A stretch of 64,000 nucleotides of DNA from the NCBI GenBank assembly GCA_002404155.1, contig DHJC01000016.1, forward strand, positions 13,529 to 77,528, written 5' to 3'. A program made the translations under genes and the position numbers. Shown in pieces: positions 19,615 to 30,586 of this stretch. Every line of letters starts with the position of its first letter. Positions within the stretch are counted from its first letter, which is position 1. The notes below the pieces were generated by a model. The model did not search any database. It was not told the DNA's origin and worked only from the letters and a program-made list of their open reading frames with translations. The DNA is from Chloroflexi bacterium UBA4730 (GTDB lineage Bacteria; Chloroflexota; Limnocylindria; P2-11E).

Positions 19615-20475
19615 ATGGTGTGCGTGTCTTCAATGCTCGCGAAGAGTCCGACGATCGACGGCAGCCAAGCACTCCGGCTGCTCGATGATGCCTGGTCGCT
19701 AGTCGCGGGTGTCTTCGCGCGTCAGCAGGTCCGCGAGTACCTGAGGGCCCAGGCGGCCTCCAAGCGGGCGGTCCCGCCTGGGCAATGGCACCCGTGGATC
19801 CCCGGTCTTGCCTGGTGGGTACCGCGGCGGGCGCAACGCGCTTTCCGTGGTAAGCCGATCGCAGACGCGATGCTCGTCGCGCGCGACATGCTCTCGCTGC
19901 ATCAGGTTCCTGACGTGCTCACGAGTCATCGGGATGCGGCCGCGCGTCGGATCGGAGACCAGGGTGCCGCCGCGCTCTGGGAGCTACGCGTCGCCGGCCA
20001 GTACGCGGGCGCCGGCATTCCCGTCGAGTGGTCCGCCGTGACACGCGCGGCGGAAGAAGGCGCCCCCGACGTGTTCCTTCCGGCGCACGGTGCCGTGATC
20101 GAGGTGAAAGCGCTCCTTCCACGCGAGGATCCTCTCGAGCTCGGGCCGGTCTTCCGAAACGTTCGGCGCGCCCACTCGCAGATCAAACGAACCGACGGCC
20201 CCGGGGCGATCGTGATCGCGATCCCTGGGGCCTATGACTTCGGCCCGTGGGAACCGCAGGACTCCGCGTTCCGTCAAACACTGCGCGACTGGTTCACCGA
20301 GCCGGAGTTCACGCCAGTTTCAGCTGTGATCTTCACCTGCGATCCGCGCTACCAGTTGGTCGGCGACGTGCTCTTCCACTACGGCAACTTCTCATGGCGC
20401 TGGTACAACCCAAACGCCTCCCACCCGTGGCCCAACGATCTGCCTCTGCTCTCGGATGGGCCTGGCGCGAGTTAG
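19615..20475 (+). CDS. hypothetical protein, possible PD-(D/E)XK nuclease fold
   Basis: WELRVA...PDVFL...IEVK motif spacing. Confidence 0.55.
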   Translation: MVCVSSMLAKSPTIDGSQALRLLDDAWSLVAGVFARQQVREYLRAQAASKRAVPPGQWHPWIPGLAWWVPRRAQRAFRGKPIADAMLVARDMLSLHQVPDVLTSHRDAAARRIGDQGAAALWELRVAGQYAGAGIPVEWSAVTRAAEEGAPDVFLPAHGAVIEVKALLPREDPLELGPVFRNVRRAHSQIKRTDGPGAIVIAIPGAYDFGPWEPQDSAFRQTLRDWFTEPEFTPVSAVIFTCDPRYQLVGDVLFHYGNFSWRWYNPNASHPWPNDLPLLSDGPGAS

Positions 20476-20509
20476 CCACGCGGTACATGCCCCGCACTAG
20501 GCTCACAGC

Positions 20510-21659
20510 GTGAGCGCGCCGCAGAACCTGATCGATGCGATTCGTCAGATCCAGCCCTCGGTCCGAGCAGGCGCGGCATGCGATGGCTCCGGCGTCGTTC
20601 GGAAGTGGACCCAGATGCAGGCCGATCGCTCGCTCGTCATCTTCTGCCTGGTAGATCGCGATGGCTCGGACCACTTCGCCAATCTGGAGGATGTCTGCGA
20701 GCGAATCGCCGATGACGCGGAGACCGTGGGTCGCGGCGCCGCCCGCGACGCCGCGAGGGACGTGGCGAAGATGCTCGCCCAGGATCCCGCGCTGGACGTG
20801 CGCACCGTCGCGGACCAGACGGACGCGGCCCTGACCGGCCCAGTTCCCGACACAACGTTGTTCCAACCGGTCCACGGGGTCGGCCTCGCAGCGCCGTTCG
20901 ACGGCTGCGGCATCGCGCTCCGGGCCTTCGAGCCCCGGGCGCTCGCCGGTGAGTTCGCGTTCGCCGGTCACGAGGACTTCATGGCGAACCATCTGGAGGA
21001 AGACCGGAACAGCGTTCGGGTCTACTCGATCGCGCGGCTCCCTACCGACGACGAACGGGGTTTCCTGATTGTGCGGAGCCGGACCCAGGTCGCGCTCGTC
21101 CTCGCGATGCTCTCCTACGCGCCACCCGAGCAGCACTGGTGGGATGAGTTCTCGGCAACCCTGACCCCGCTTGGCATCCATTCGATGCGGACGTTCACTT
21201 CCGCTGGTGCGACCACCTCGCCCGAGCGGAGCCTTTACGGCCTGCCACTTCAGTTCGATAGCGCGCGCGTGGCCGCTGCGCTGGGAGTTCGTCCGGCCAT
21301 GAGCGCGCTGGCCCGCCTCGCACAGCAGCCCCGCCGCGCGCGCACGCCGATCCAGGGCCGGATCTTGCGCGCGGCGACCCTCCTTGCGGAATCGCTTGAC
21401 GGTCAGCCGGAAGATCGCTTCCTCAGGCGCTGGATGGCGCTGGAGGCGCTTGTCGGACGCGAACCGGGGGAGGTTACGGAGCGGCTCTCCGAGCGACTGG
21501 CGGTGCTGACCTGCGACGATCCCGCCGAGCGCATTCGACGTAAAGGATTCTTTCGCAAGCTCTACGGCTGGCGGAGCGACATCGCGCATGGCCGCCCACT
21601 CCCGCTACTCAAGCGCACTTCGGAGATCTTCAAGGTGCTCTCGTTTGGCGCTCTGGAGC
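20510..21659 (+). pseudogene. HEPN (ApeA-like) domain protein, C-terminally cut by an IS630 remnant
   Basis: WMALEALV...LSERLAVL...[12 protein letters not shown] (RxxxxH); the frame then runs into IS630 sequence; TAGGCT-6nt-GTG start. Confidence 0.75.
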
Positions 21660-22499
21660 GCCGGCGCACCGCGGCAGATCGGCGACGCCGATGTGGAGCG
21701 GGTGCTCACGCTGACGTTGGAGACCGCGCCCCGGGATGCGACGCACTGGAGCACCCGTGGGATGGCCCAGCGCGCGGGCCTCAGCCAGAGCGCAGTGAGC
21801 CGGATCTGGCGGGCCTTCGCGCTGGCCCCGCATCGGGTCGAGCACTTCGCGCTGTCCAGGGATCCGCTGTTCATCGAGAAGGTCCGGGACATCATTGGCC
21901 TGTACCTGAGTCCGCCGGAACGGGCCCTGGTGCTGTGCGTCGATGAGAAGACCCAGATCCAGGCGCTCGACCGGACCCAGCCGATGCTGCCGATGCGGCC
22001 GGGGCAGGCCGAGCGGCGGACCCACGACTACGCGCGGCACGGCACCACCTCGCTGTTCGCCGCGCTCGATGTCAAAAGCGGCCAGGTCATCGGCGAGCTC
22101 CATCAGCGGCACCGGGCGATCGAGTTCCGCCGGTTCCTGGACACCATCGATCAAGCGGTCCCCGCGGAGCTCGAGGTCCACCTGATCCTCGACAACTACG
22201 CGACCCACAAGACTCCCGCGATCCGCCGCTGGCTGGCCCGCCGGCCGCGGTTCCACGTTCACTTCACCCCGACCTCGGCCTCCTGGATCAACCTGGTCGA
22301 GCGCTGGTTCGCGGGACTCACCGAAAAGCAGCTGCGGCGCGGCGTACACCGCAGCACCCGCGAGCTGGAGACCGCCATCCGCACCTACCTCGCCATCTCG
22401 AACGAGCAGCCGAAGCCGTTCGTCTGGACGAAGAGCGCCGACCAGATCCTCGCGACGCTCGCTCGATTTGTTACGCGGATCTCGGACTCGGGACACTAG
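21660..22499 (+). mobile_element. IS630-family element, 5'-truncated transposase with right end ...GGACACTAG
   Basis: GAPR...THWST...[15 protein letters not shown]...[16 protein letters not shown]...[10 protein letters not shown]...[15 protein letters not shown]. Confidence 0.93.
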
Positions 22500-22756
22500 C
22501 TCGCCTGAGCCTAAGTCGGCAGCCTGACTGTCTACACCGCCTACGTCGTGGTGTTTTTCAGGCTCGTCGTTCTGGGGATCCGTCGCCTCAACCTCGGTCC
22601 GCTTTGACGGGCAGGATGAACCCATGATCGCGAGCAGGTCTCGATGAATTGTCCGCGAGATAACCCGATTACTCCTTTCGTGCGGGCCACCTCGGTGTTC
22701 CCCTCCGGATTCAGCGTGTGCTTCATTCCTTCCCCTCCCTAGCGTCGAAATTCCGG
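22496..22756. repeat. dispersed repeat copy A (copy B at 33646-34009)
   Basis: Near-identical blocks ctagctcgcctgagc, gtcggcagcctgactgtctacaccgcc...ctcggtccgctttgacgggcaggatgaacccatgatcgcg, tccgcgagataacccgattactcctttcgtgcgg, cattccttcccctccctagcg..gaaattccgg. Confidence 0.95.
22518..22607 (+). pseudogene. 3' remnant of the 57-aa microprotein family (GSLTVYTAYVVVFFRLVVLGIRRLNLGPL)
   Basis: Translation matches the C-terminal half of 50774-50947 and 61303-61476; in-frame TAA two codons upstream. Confidence 0.8.
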
Positions 22757-22996
22757 AGCCCCGAACACCGCTTCGTGGAGGGCCGGCCCGAGCCGCGCCC
22801 GTCGGTCGAGTCGCAGCTACGCGAGTTTCGGGAGTGGGCCGGGATCGTTCACCCGGACGCGTGGCTGACTGCGGGGCCGCTCATTGAGCGGCTGTTGGGC
22901 GAGCGCTCGCGAACGTGATCGCCGATCAGACGGCGACGCCCGCCTGTGGCGCAGAGCAACGGCGCGTAGCGTTGCGCTTCCGGATCGTTCGACCGT

Positions 22997-25057
22997 ATGG
23001 AAGGGCCTGTGGGTAGGAAAAGCCGAACCAAGCAGGACCGGCGGCGCGCGGAGCGTCAGGAGGATCGCGCAACGCGGGGCACGCACATCGAGGTGCAGCC
23101 GGGTTTGAAGATCCCGGTTGCAGGTGGGCAGACCCTGATCGCAGATCCGCTTCTGCCCGACCAGCGAGCTCGGTACAGCCGCCGCTTGGAGCGCGCCGCG
23201 GCTGCGGGGCCGGACCGGCTTCTCGCGATCCGCGATCGCCTTCGCGAGATCTTCGCGCAGGTGCCCACCGCTGAGGTGTTGGCGCGCCTTGTGGGAGACG
23301 TGTATGCGTTCGATCCCGAGACGGGCAAGGAGTCAGAGACTCGTCTGCCGACGATCCTGGTCGAGTACGCGACCTGGCTGGCGACCAGGTTGGGTGCGCC
23401 CGTGCACGGCGAGCGGATCTCTGACGAGCGCTACTCCGAGCTGGCGAAGCTGTTGAGCGAGATGCTCGAGCTCACGGTCACGATGTACCAGGCGGCGCAC
23501 ATCACCAAGGGCGCGGCGCAACCGAGCGTCGAGGACCAAATCGTCGTGACGAGTCAAATGCACACGCTCACCGTCCGCAATCCGGGTTTCGCCGTATTCG
23601 CCTACGAGCTGATGGAGTCGCTCTTTCGGCCCGTCGACGCGGATCTGCGCCACATGGTCGGCTTTGATGTCGATGCGCTCCTGAAGGTGTGGCGCCACAT
23701 CGAACAGCACGTTACCGATCGTCTCAACGACGCCCTCGACGAGGCGCGCACGCAGGCCCGAGAGCTGAAAACGCTGGTCGATACCGGCAGTCTCGATGAG
23801 CAGTACCGGCCGCTGCTGCCACCCAAGTACCGTCGCCTGAAGCCTCAACGGCTGCGAGCGATGATCGCCGCCTTCCTTGAGTGGACGGAACGGAAGGAAG
23901 TTTTCGTGCGGGCGGAGGAGCTCTTGGGCGTGACGCCGAAGTGGCTCGCTGACGGGATCGGCCTCGACAGCGCCGTCTGCAAGAGGATCCTCGACCAGTT
24001 CGCTTTGCCGTTCGGTCATCCGGCCGTGGCGGACGATCTGATGAGCCGATACGAGGAGCTCGAGGCCCGGCCACTCGTGCCCCTGAGTCAGGACCGTTAT
24101 CTCGCGCACCTGTTCCACCTCTGGATGTGGGGCGCACGCGAGAATCTCGAAGCTGCGCTCAAGACCGATCCCGTTGCATGGGCGCGTTACGAACCGGCAC
24201 GGGCGGAGTTCGTGGAGTCGCGGTCGATCGAGCTGTTGGCCAAGATGCTGCCAGGCGCACACGTCGAGCGGCAGCTGCGCTATCCATACACCCGCGCGGA
24301 CGGCACGCCGGCCATCGGCGAGCTCGATGGGCTCATCGTGTACGGAGGGGTGCTGCTCCTCGTCGAAGCCAAGGGCGGACCGGTCAAAGCTGCGGCCAAA
24401 CGCGGGGCCACCAAGAGCCTTCGCCAAGATCTCACCGACGTGATCGGCGATGCGTACGGCCAGGCCGTGCGCGCCCGCGACCACATTCAGGCGAGCGATC
24501 GCGCTTCGTTCACGCGCAACGATGGCACGATCTTCGAGATCGAGCGTGATGACATACGAGAGACGTTCCTCGTGACAGTGTCGCTCGAGTCCCTCGACGT
24601 GTTCGAGATGCACCTAGCGGAGCTGCGCGAGCTGGGCATTCTCAAGAGCGGTGAGTTCCCGTGGGCGGTATCCCTCCTGGACCTGGAAGTATTCGCCGAG
24701 CTGCTGGAGTGGGGGCCCCAGCTCATCCACTATCTGCGAAGGCGCCTGCCGCTCAACACGATGGACACGCTGCTCATGGAAGAGCTGGACCTACTCGGCG
24801 CGTATCTGGCGAACGGACTTCGTCTGCCGCGCGAAGCGCAATACGGTGCACCGCTCCGGATGACCAGTTACACGGAGTCGATGGACGACTACTACCACTA
24901 CCGTCACGGGCTTCGGCAAACGCCGGCACCCCGTCCCCGCGCGCAGCTAGATCCCGAAACGCGAGAGGCGGCGGAGATCGCGTCGCAGATGCCTCCAGCT
25001 GAGGCCCTTGCTGCGATGACAACCTTGCTCGACCGCGCGCTCCCGGACATCGGCTGA
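22997..25057 (+). CDS. large protein with C-terminal NERD-like PD-(D/E)XK nuclease domain
   Basis: GELDGLIVYGGVLLLVEAKGG...DAYGQAVR...PWAVSLLDL...LIHYLRRR. Confidence 0.7.
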   Translation: MEGPVGRKSRTKQDRRRAERQEDRATRGTHIEVQPGLKIPVAGGQTLIADPLLPDQRARYSRRLERAAAAGPDRLLAIRDRLREIFAQVPTAEVLARLVGDVYAFDPETGKESETRLPTILVEYATWLATRLGAPVHGERISDERYSELAKLLSEMLELTVTMYQAAHITKGAAQPSVEDQIVVTSQMHTLTVRNPGFAVFAYELMESLFRPVDADLRHMVGFDVDALLKVWRHIEQHVTDRLNDALDEARTQARELKTLVDTGSLDEQYRPLLPPKYRRLKPQRLRAMIAAFLEWTERKEVFVRAEELLGVTPKWLADGIGLDSAVCKRILDQFALPFGHPAVADDLMSRYEELEARPLVPLSQDRYLAHLFHLWMWGARENLEAALKTDPVAWARYEPARAEFVESRSIELLAKMLPGAHVERQLRYPYTRADGTPAIGELDGLIVYGGVLLLVEAKGGPVKAAAKRGATKSLRQDLTDVIGDAYGQAVRARDHIQASDRASFTRNDGTIFEIERDDIRETFLVTVSLESLDVFEMHLAELRELGILKSGEFPWAVSLLDLEVFAELLEWGPQLIHYLRRRLPLNTMDTLLMEELDLLGAYLANGLRLPREAQYGAPLRMTSYTESMDDYYHYRHGLRQTPAPRPRAQLDPETREAAEIASQMPPAEALAAMTTLLDRALPDIG

Positions 25058-25246
25058 GCATCCCGTTGCCCTACTCATCTGGGCGCACGCGCGGCAAGGT
25101 CTCTGACTCCGGCTGACGGGCCTCGGCGATGAGGTGCCGCGCTCTCAGGCAGCGGACCGAAACCACGGCCGTTCGGCCTGATGAACGAACCACGTGGCAG
25201 GGTCTGCAACCCTGGATGCCGCGTCGGGTCAGGTAGTCTCGCTTCG

Positions 25247-25663
25247 ATGTCCGCGCCCGCCACGTTCGATGAGGCCCTCAGGTTCATGCACGAGCTTGAC
25301 CTCGCGGTGCTTCGCGCCACCGCGGCCGCAGTCCTCTGTCTAGCGGAGCAGAGCGGTCAGGCGCCAACCCATCTCGTCCTCGCGGAAGACGAGTTTCGGA
25401 TTGCTTTGATTCGAATGCTGGATCTGTTCGACGACTTCGTACGCTCCGGAGAAGTGTTCGAGCGGTTTGAAGACCACAGGACGCCGAACAAAGCCGATGC
25501 GGGCGGGGAACTCAGGAGTGTGCGGAAGGCCGCCTTCAGGCACGCGCTTGCGCTCGTGTGGGCCATAGGCCAGCTTGGAAGTCAGTCAGAGGTCGTCGTC
25601 GAGAAGGCTGCGAAGGTCAGCGCGTTCCGTGACCGGGTGAATCAACGCCGCCTGAAGCCGTAG
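25247..25663 (+). CDS. hypothetical protein
   Basis: TAGTCT-7nt-ATG leaderless start; helical-looking ORF. Confidence 0.55.
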   Translation: MSAPATFDEALRFMHELDLAVLRATAAAVLCLAEQSGQAPTHLVLAEDEFRIALIRMLDLFDDFVRSGEVFERFEDHRTPNKADAGGELRSVRKAAFRHALALVWAIGQLGSQSEVVVEKAAKVSAFRDRVNQRRLKP

Positions 25664-26143
25664 GCCCATACCGGTCGGCGAAGACACGGGCGAATTCCCG
25701 GAAGGCCGCGTAGGCCTCAGCCGCGGTTCCCGTCTCGTTGGCGGTTGCTAGCGATGAAGACGCCTCAGCGAGGGTAGCGTTCTTCAGAGCGGTGTTATCG
25801 CCGGGTTCCATAACCTCTATCTGTCGCCCGAACGTCTGAGCTGTCAACTTTGCGGCGTGATGCAGCTGCCCGTTGCCGTTCACCGCACCCGGAAGAAGTG
25901 GCGGCCCCAGGTCATGTTCTGCGCGACGCAGAGGTAGGCGTCGAGGTACCGCCGATAGACGTTGACTCGATGCGGTCGTGTTGCGTGACCCGGAGAAGGC
26001 AGCGAGCGTCGAGACTCACTCGCTACTGCGCGCGTTGGCGGCTCGCTCGCTGAAGCCGAGTTCGGGGCGTCTTGGACAAAGAGGTCGCGGACTGCGGCTC
26101 GGCCAGTTCGTCTCCCACGCGGAGTCGCCGCGGTCCGCGGACC

Positions 26144-27007
26144 CTAGAAAGGGATCTCGTCCGGGTCGAACGTGCCGGTCTCGGAGATCGGCACGACGGG
26201 CACCTTAATCGTCGCGTCGACGCCAAGGAACAGTGCGATCGCGGCGGCGCAGACGTGGACGACGAAGACCGCCTCGAGGCCGCGATATGGCGTGGTCGGC
26301 AGCGCAGCATGCGCGGCCACGCGGCCGCGGAAGGCATACAACTTACGCAGTGCTTCGATGATCTGCGGATGCACTGTCTGTCGAAGCGCAGGACTGAGGT
26401 CCTCGAGGGTCCCGGACCGACCGACGACCACAGCGGCAACGCCCTCAAGCGCCCCAACAGCCTCCTTGATCGCTGCCTCGGGATCACGTCGAGTAACACC
26501 CAGGTAGTCGATCGCTTTCCGTAGCTGGGCGCCGTACAGCGGCGGCGCGGCCCTGAGTGCCGCATTCACGCTGAGCTCGAACTCCTCAGTGAAGCGGAGG
26601 TGGAGGAAAGGATGCTCACCAAACTCAAGTAATACGCCCTCATCGGCGAGAAGTTGATCCAGCATCCGGCGGTGGCGCTCGACCTCGTCTGGATGTTCGT
26701 CCTGTAGATAGCCATCGATAGCCTCAACAGATTCGTAGAACTCTTCCCAATCACAGGCCCGTAGATGGTGCTCGACCCGCGCCTGCACCGATCCATCCAG
26801 CGTGAGGAGGTTCGTCCGGCGCGTGGCGAACAGCATCTCGTCTTCGATCGAGTCATATGAGAACTCAGCGGAGTACTGCCGGTCACTCACGACACGGTGC
26901 AATTTGGCAAGCAGCTGGATGTACCCGACGCGGACGCGCGGCGGCGCGTCGCTGCTCGTTAGCGCCTCTGGCGGGAGCGGGTTGAGCCTTCGACGAAAGA
27001 GCGTCAT
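26144..27007 (-). CDS. AbiJ N-terminal-domain / HEPN-like abortive-infection family protein
   Basis: WEEFYESVE...QLLADEG...AIKEAVGALEGV...IIEALRKLYAFRGRVAAH; TACACT-6nt-ATG start. Confidence 0.7.
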   Translation of the reverse strand: MTLFRRRLNPLPPEALTSSDAPPRVRVGYIQLLAKLHRVVSDRQYSAEFSYDSIEDEMLFATRRTNLLTLDGSVQARVEHHLRACDWEEFYESVEAIDGYLQDEHPDEVERHRRMLDQLLADEGVLLEFGEHPFLHLRFTEEFELSVNAALRAAPPLYGAQLRKAIDYLGVTRRDPEAAIKEAVGALEGVAAVVVGRSGTLEDLSPALRQTVHPQIIEALRKLYAFRGRVAAHAALPTTPYRGLEAVFVVHVCAAAIALFLGVDATIKVPVVPISETGTFDPDEIPF

Positions 27008-27334
27008 CGCCAGAGTGTAGAAAGCGTCAGACGAGTTTTGCGGCACGACGGCGCCGCCAGCGCGATCATCTCGTCGAGCGACGGCAGACGCGTTTGGGCG
27101 AGCCAGGACGCATGCTCCGAAACCGCGCGGTCGTGCCTGCCGCCGAGCTTCCCGAGCGCCGCAATCAGGTCCTCAGGCGCGTCGGTCCGCGCTCGGCCGT
27201 CGCGACTCGGGCCGATGTCGCCATACACGTGCGCCCGCGACTACTTCGCGGACACCGTATGTGGCCCGCCGGTCAGCCCGGGCCGGGCAGGATCAGAGGT
27301 CCACGCGGCGTGATTGCCGTGCTATGGATCAGAT

Positions 27335-27601
27335 ATGGGCAAGGGTGGAAGGCGCGGCGGTGTCCCACTCCCCGAGCTCCCCGAGATTTCGCGCCACGAC
27401 CGGGTCATGAACAAGAGGACACGTGAACTGCGGGTTGGGGATCGCGCGGTCGAGATCGAGACAGGACGGGCCGGAAGGGTGATCGCGTCCGTCGGTCCTG
27501 GCGAGGACGTTATGGTCGACTTCGACGACGGGCGCTCCGGGCAGTATCAGCGCGACCGGGTGCGGCCCGAACTGAAGCGCCCGGCGCGGCGCGCGTCCTA
27601 A
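27335..27601 (+). CDS. small SH3/KOW-like protein
   Basis: LRVGDRAVEIETGRAGRV...VMVDFDDG beta-barrel pattern. Confidence 0.55.
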   Translation: MGKGGRRGGVPLPELPEISRHDRVMNKRTRELRVGDRAVEIETGRAGRVIASVGPGEDVMVDFDDGRSGQYQRDRVRPELKRPARRAS

Positions 27602-27673
27602 TGGCCGGCCGTTTGCGGACCGATCCCATGATGTTCCGCTGACGGCCATATTTCAGCGCGAGCCGCTTGAAGG

Positions 27674-28381
27674 TCAAAAGTCGGTCGCCTTACGGTCAAT
27701 CCGGCGAAGGCGCGCCGCATCCCAGCGCAAGCCGCGGCGCTCCTGGAAAAGATGTGCGTCAAGTGTGTTCGACCTCGCATGGTCGAGAATCCGCCCGTCA
27801 ACGAAGGCTTCGATCAGTTCCGCGCGCTGCGGAGCCTCCAACCCGATCGGAAGGTCGACCTCTGCATCGAGCATCCGCATACGGTCGACAACACGCGGCT
27901 GACCGGAGCCCGAGGCCGGCGCAATTAGGTATTGGTCTCCGTGACGGCGGACGGATCGCGGTTGCAGGAAGGCCAATTCCACAAAGTGCGTCGTGCCCTC
28001 ACGCTCGTCGAACCGGATCTCTACGAAACACGGCATCCCGAGAAGCGCACGGTCCGCGAGCTCGGTCACCACGGTCGTGAGGTCGCGGCCACGGCGGCGA
28101 CGGCCCCCGAATAACTCCTCGGTAAGGAAGGTTCGGGTGCGGTCCTCATCGCATTCGACATCGAAGGCGTCGCGACGATAGGTGCCGAAGAGTGCCGACT
28201 CACGCCAGCGGCGAGCAGCAATTGCGGCGGCGCCCGCGCTAGCAGCGCGATCGAACTGATCGTTCGTCGTCTCGAGCGCAACCGCGACCAGGACGCGATC
28301 GACATTCGCAGGGCTGTGCCACCAGATGCGGACCAGGAGGGGCAATCGCGTCAGTGCGCGGAGGAACAGCCGAACGATCAT
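27674..28381 (-). CDS. hypothetical protein, coupled to the upstream membrane protein
   Basis: ATGA overlap with 28378-30549. Confidence 0.55.
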   Translation of the reverse strand: MIVRLFLRALTRLPLLVRIWWHSPANVDRVLVAVALETTNDQFDRAASAGAAAIAARRWRESALFGTYRRDAFDVECDEDRTRTFLTEELFGGRRRRGRDLTTVVTELADRALLGMPCFVEIRFDEREGTTHFVELAFLQPRSVRRHGDQYLIAPASGSGQPRVVDRMRMLDAEVDLPIGLEAPQRAELIEAFVDGRILDHARSNTLDAHLFQERRGLRWDAARLRRIDRKATDF

Positions 28382-30549
28382 GGTGGCGAAGGCTCGACTG
28401 AGGAGTCACCCGCGGGCCCCAGTGGCGCGGCGTAGTCGAGAAAGCCTTCGATTGCGTCCTCGAAGCCGAACATGAGCAGATAGGAGTGCGCCCGCAGCCA
28501 CTCGCTATCCGTGTTTACTTCGTCATCGAGGACGAACTCCCCAGCGCGGCCGGCTTCGCGGGTTCCCAGCTTCGACACCTCCTCGAAGAGCGGGCCCAGG
28601 AAGGTCTGGTATTCGAGGGTCAAGGATGGGCCGAGGCCAAATGCGGGGAGCTCCCGGAGCACGGGCTTTAACCTCGCGAGCGCGGCGAGATCGATGGTCG
28701 CGTTCCGCAACGTTTCGATGACCAGGTCAACGAGCTCGTGATTCGAGCGGACCTCGCCACACGCGAAGGCCATCCCGCCAAGCACCAACAGGGTCTCGAG
28801 CCACGGGTGCAGGCGATTCTCACGAACGCTGGACTCGCGGATGGCGTCAAGGAGTGCTACCTTCAGCGCGAGGAGAGTCGCAGGCTTGGCCTCCGACCAG
28901 TTGTCGCGCATGGCCTTCAGGGCGACGACACGGGCCTCCCGGTTCATCTGCAAGCGCTTCTCGTCGCTGGCCGACATGAGCTGCCGCACCACGGTCGGGA
29001 ACAGCCTGATCGCCGCGGCCAGTGCGGCGGCGGATCGACCGGGCGCCTCGAGATAGTAGGAACGATTAACGATCAGCAGCATTGCGCCGAACAGGTCCGA
29101 GGCAGCGTCGGGCGACGAAGTGGCGTTGGAGGCGATCACGCCCTTGATCGCGGCCTCCAGTTCGTCGAGGACCCAGCGAATAGCGCCGTCCGCGAGCTCG
29201 TCTTGGCGCGTGCGGAGTCGGTTATCGAGCTCCGTCGAGAGCACGGTCAGCGGGGTGACAACACGACCAGCCACGACCGTCTCGGCATCGATTTCCGCCG
29301 CCGCGAGCCGGAGTCCAGCGAGAAGTTCGGCCGGCAGAAAGCTTGAAGTCAACTCTGCCAGCTCGGGGTACTCGCGCAGGGGCAGGATCTCGCTAAGGCG
29401 CAGCTGGTGGCGCAGAACCTCGTCCGCAAAGGCGATGAGACCATTCACCACGGGAGCAGCCCAGTGGTCGTAATCCGGGCCGCGCAGGGCGGCGCGCTCG
29501 GCGGACCACCGCGCTTGGACCGCCCGCAAGGCCGCGGTCTCTTGGCGGTGCCATCCCAGGCGCAGAAGCTCTGCGAGTGCGGCCAGCACATCGCTCCGTG
29601 TCTGATTGACCGGTGTGTCTCGTGTGGCCGTCCGCTCCAGCACCGCCAGGGCAGCGTGTTCGAGCCACTCGGCGTCGCGCTCGGTGGCTCGCGCTTGGCC
29701 CAGTCCTTGTTCGGACGTGATCTGCCTCAGGTTCCGATCTTCGGACGCGACCTCGCGTTGCGGAAACCAAGGCGAGTCGACCGGGATCGCGGTCTTGCGG
29801 TTCCAGTAGAGCGCCACCACCAGAGCCAAGTTCTGAGTGATGACGTAGTGCAGTGAAGGGTCCTTGTCCGCGGTGTGCAGGAGGAGGCCGTCCCAAACTG
29901 CGAAGTCCGAACTCACGAGCTTGCGGATGTGATTGCTGACCGACCGCGTCGGATGCCTCGCCGAAGAAATTCGAACGAGCCGCTGTTCGTTTTCACTGCG
30001 CACCACTTCCGCGAAGCGTCCGGGGTGCGCCAGCATCAGCGCGTATCTGCGAAAAGAAAGGAGCAGCGGCAGCGAAAGCACGAGTAAGGCAACTGGCACG
30101 TATGCGCCGAAAGTCACCGCCCGACCTGTGATCAGCGGAGTGGCGAGACCCGCAATCGCGGTCAGCACGACGGCGAAAAGCAGGCGTAGCGCGAACGTAC
30201 TGGCCCAGTCGTCGCTCAGTCGTGCAACCACCGCGGCGGAGTCGAAGCGCGAGGCGCTCGACTGAACAATCGAAAGCCACGTGGCCATTAAGAACACGAA
30301 GGCAGCGGCGCCAGCGGCGAGCACCGGAGGCAGCAGGGCGTAGGCCCCCGGCGCGGCGGGGTCATTAGGCCGATCGGCGAGCCACCGGTCAAGTTCGAAA
30401 CCGACAGCCGCGAAGATGGCGGCGTACGCGAGGGCCGACGCCTGCGCAAGGACCCACCCGGCCGAGGTCCACAAGTGCTGGCGCTCCTCGGCGAGGCCGG
30501 CGAGGAGGATCAAGATCCGCTCGCGAAGCGACTCTAAACCGACAAGCAT
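28378..30549 (-). CDS. large membrane protein, N-terminal multi-TM (DUF2254-like) plus helical domain
   Basis: About four hydrophobic segments including LSIVQSSASRF, then a long soluble region. Confidence 0.7.
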   Translation of the reverse strand: MLVGLESLRERILILLAGLAEERQHLWTSAGWVLAQASALAYAAIFAAVGFELDRWLADRPNDPAAPGAYALLPPVLAAGAAAFVFLMATWLSIVQSSASRFDSAAVVARLSDDWASTFALRLLFAVVLTAIAGLATPLITGRAVTFGAYVPVALLVLSLPLLLSFRRYALMLAHPGRFAEVVRSENEQRLVRISSARHPTRSVSNHIRKLVSSDFAVWDGLLLHTADKDPSLHYVITQNLALVVALYWNRKTAIPVDSPWFPQREVASEDRNLRQITSEQGLGQARATERDAEWLEHAALAVLERTATRDTPVNQTRSDVLAALAELLRLGWHRQETAALRAVQARWSAERAALRGPDYDHWAAPVVNGLIAFADEVLRHQLRLSEILPLREYPELAELTSSFLPAELLAGLRLAAAEIDAETVVAGRVVTPLTVLSTELDNRLRTRQDELADGAIRWVLDELEAAIKGVIASNATSSPDAASDLFGAMLLIVNRSYYLEAPGRSAAALAAAIRLFPTVVRQLMSASDEKRLQMNREARVVALKAMRDNWSEAKPATLLALKVALLDAIRESSVRENRLHPWLETLLVLGGMAFACGEVRSNHELVDLVIETLRNATIDLAALARLKPVLRELPAFGLGPSLTLEYQTFLGPLFEEVSKLGTREAGRAGEFVLDDEVNTDSEWLRAHSYLLMFGFEDAIEGFLDYAAPLGPAGDSSVEPSPP

Positions 30550-30586
30550 TTGCCGCTGACCCTAGCCAATTGGGCGAGCCGCGTGA

